A stretch of DNA of 27,189 bases from a virus (Duplodnaviria; Caudoviricetes), in the IMG/VR virus record IMGVR_UViG_3300046786_000068, positions 1 to 27,189 of that record. One strand, 5' to 3'. This document shows positions 26,430-27,189 of the stretch, in pieces. Under the pieces are notes generated by a model. It worked only from the letters and a program-made list of their open reading frames with translations, was not told where the DNA came from and ran no database searches. The position numbers were made by a program, and so were the translations under genes. Position 1 is the stretch's first letter. The number at the start of each line of letters is the position of its first letter.

Positions 26430-27015
26430 TCAACTAAGAAGGCTCAAAATCGGCGAGGAGTGGGTTGATCCTTTAAATGAAACATTTGAGCGCTTTGGCA
26501 TTCTTACTGCTAGACAACAAGCTGGATTTATAGGTCAGGCATCGCATGAAAGTGGAAACTTTAAGAAGCTCAAAGAAGGATTAAGTTATTCTGCTGAAAG
26601 ACTGATGGTTATCTGGCCAAAGCGTTTCCCAACACTTGAGATTGCACAAAAATATGCCCGCAACGAAAAGGCATTGGCTAATAACGTCTACGCGAATCGA
26701 ATGGGAAATCGAGATGAAGCCTCTGGCGATGGGTATCGTTTTTGCGGAAAAGGTCTTTTTCAATTAACTGGTCATTCGAATTTCTATCACGCATCACAAG
26801 CAATCGGAGTTGATTTCGTAAAAGAGCCTGACTTGGTTGCTACGCCTAAGTATGCTGCACTGACCGCCGGCTGGTTTTGGTCCACTCACAAATGCAATGA
26901 GTTGGCAGAGGTTCAAGACTGGATTGGTCTAACCAAGAAAATCAACGGAGGCACGATTGGGCTTGCTGACCGGATCAAACACATCAACGAAGCGCACGAT
27001 GTGCTTCAGACGTAA
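26416..27015 (+). CDS. Endolysin, glycoside hydrolase family 19
   Basis: FIGQASHESG, YANRMGN, GDGY.F.G.G..QLTG..N, AGWFW and INGG..GL.DR motifs. Confidence 0.95.
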   Translation: MVNANQLRRLKIGEEWVDPLNETFERFGILTARQQAGFIGQASHESGNFKKLKEGLSYSAERLMVIWPKRFPTLEIAQKYARNEKALANNVYANRMGNRDEASGDGYRFCGKGLFQLTGHSNFYHASQAIGVDFVKEPDLVATPKYAALTAGWFWSTHKCNELAEVQDWIGLTKKINGGTIGLADRIKHINEAHDVLQT

Positions 27016-27188
27016 ACGTCAATCCTAGAACCCAGGCTTTTCCAATACTTGTATTCCTCGGTCTGTGTTTGCTTATCCAACACTTCAGCAACCTTGTTTT
27101 GAACGATTTGTTCACGGTTAATTTGCTTCTCTTTGATCTGGACTTGAGAAGGCATCGGATGAAGTGTTGAATAAGCGATTTTCACATT
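27006..27188 (-). CDS. Convergent hypothetical protein, possibly 5'-truncated by the window edge
   Basis: Open frame ...VKIAYSTLHPMPSQ...YKYWKSLGSRIDVYV*; the stop overlaps the endolysin end; possible GTG at 27185. Confidence 0.55.
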   Translation of the reverse strand, partial: NVKIAYSTLHPMPSQVQIKEKQINREQIVQNKVAEVLDKQTQTEEYKYWKSLGSRIDVYV

Positions 27189-27189
27189 A

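Larger units (their letters stand above)
1..27189 (+). mobile_element. Tailed phage genome segment (podovirus-like): packaging, head, short tail, ejection and lysis modules
   Basis: Co-oriented TerL, portal, scaffold, capsid, S74 tail fibre, spanin and GH19 genes. No tape measure or sheath gene. No host housekeeping genes. Confidence 0.97.

Noticed and set aside
1-27189. Alternative genetic code or prophage att sites
   Set aside because: Genes tile densely under the standard code; no integrase, host genes or terminal repeats are visible.

Overview
A contiguous ~27 kb piece of a tailed dsDNA bacteriophage with podovirus-type (P22/short-tail) gene order, almost all on the + strand. Spanins and a GH19 endolysin imply a Gram-negative host. 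Order: short accessory genes and a DUF968/DUF1364-like Zn nuclease (1-1790); a structured leader with a terminator (1788-1870); a pre-packaging accessory block (Cys-rich protein, small basic proteins, GT32 glycosyltransferase, FkbM-type methyltransferase, GNAT-like protein); TerS/TerL; portal; an unexpected 809-aa acidic repeat protein with a dockerin/EF-hand-like loop; scaffold; major capsid; a second glycosyltransferase; adaptor, nozzle and tail proteins; three probable DNA-ejection proteins; a tail fibre with an S74 chaperone; a large lysis cassette; and the 3' end of a convergent gene. No integrase, tRNA, rRNA or CRISPR was seen, so prophage versus free phage cannot be decided. Best leads: (i) a shared MAGLL/GLL tag linking accessory proteins (one with a swapped-in GNAT domain) to ejection proteins, a possible capsid-loading/effector system; (ii) a split virion-glycosylation toolkit; (iii) a terminator/antiterminator leader RNA; (iv) an 18-bp repeated gene junction. 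Family calls come from motif recognition and synteny only; no searches were run.
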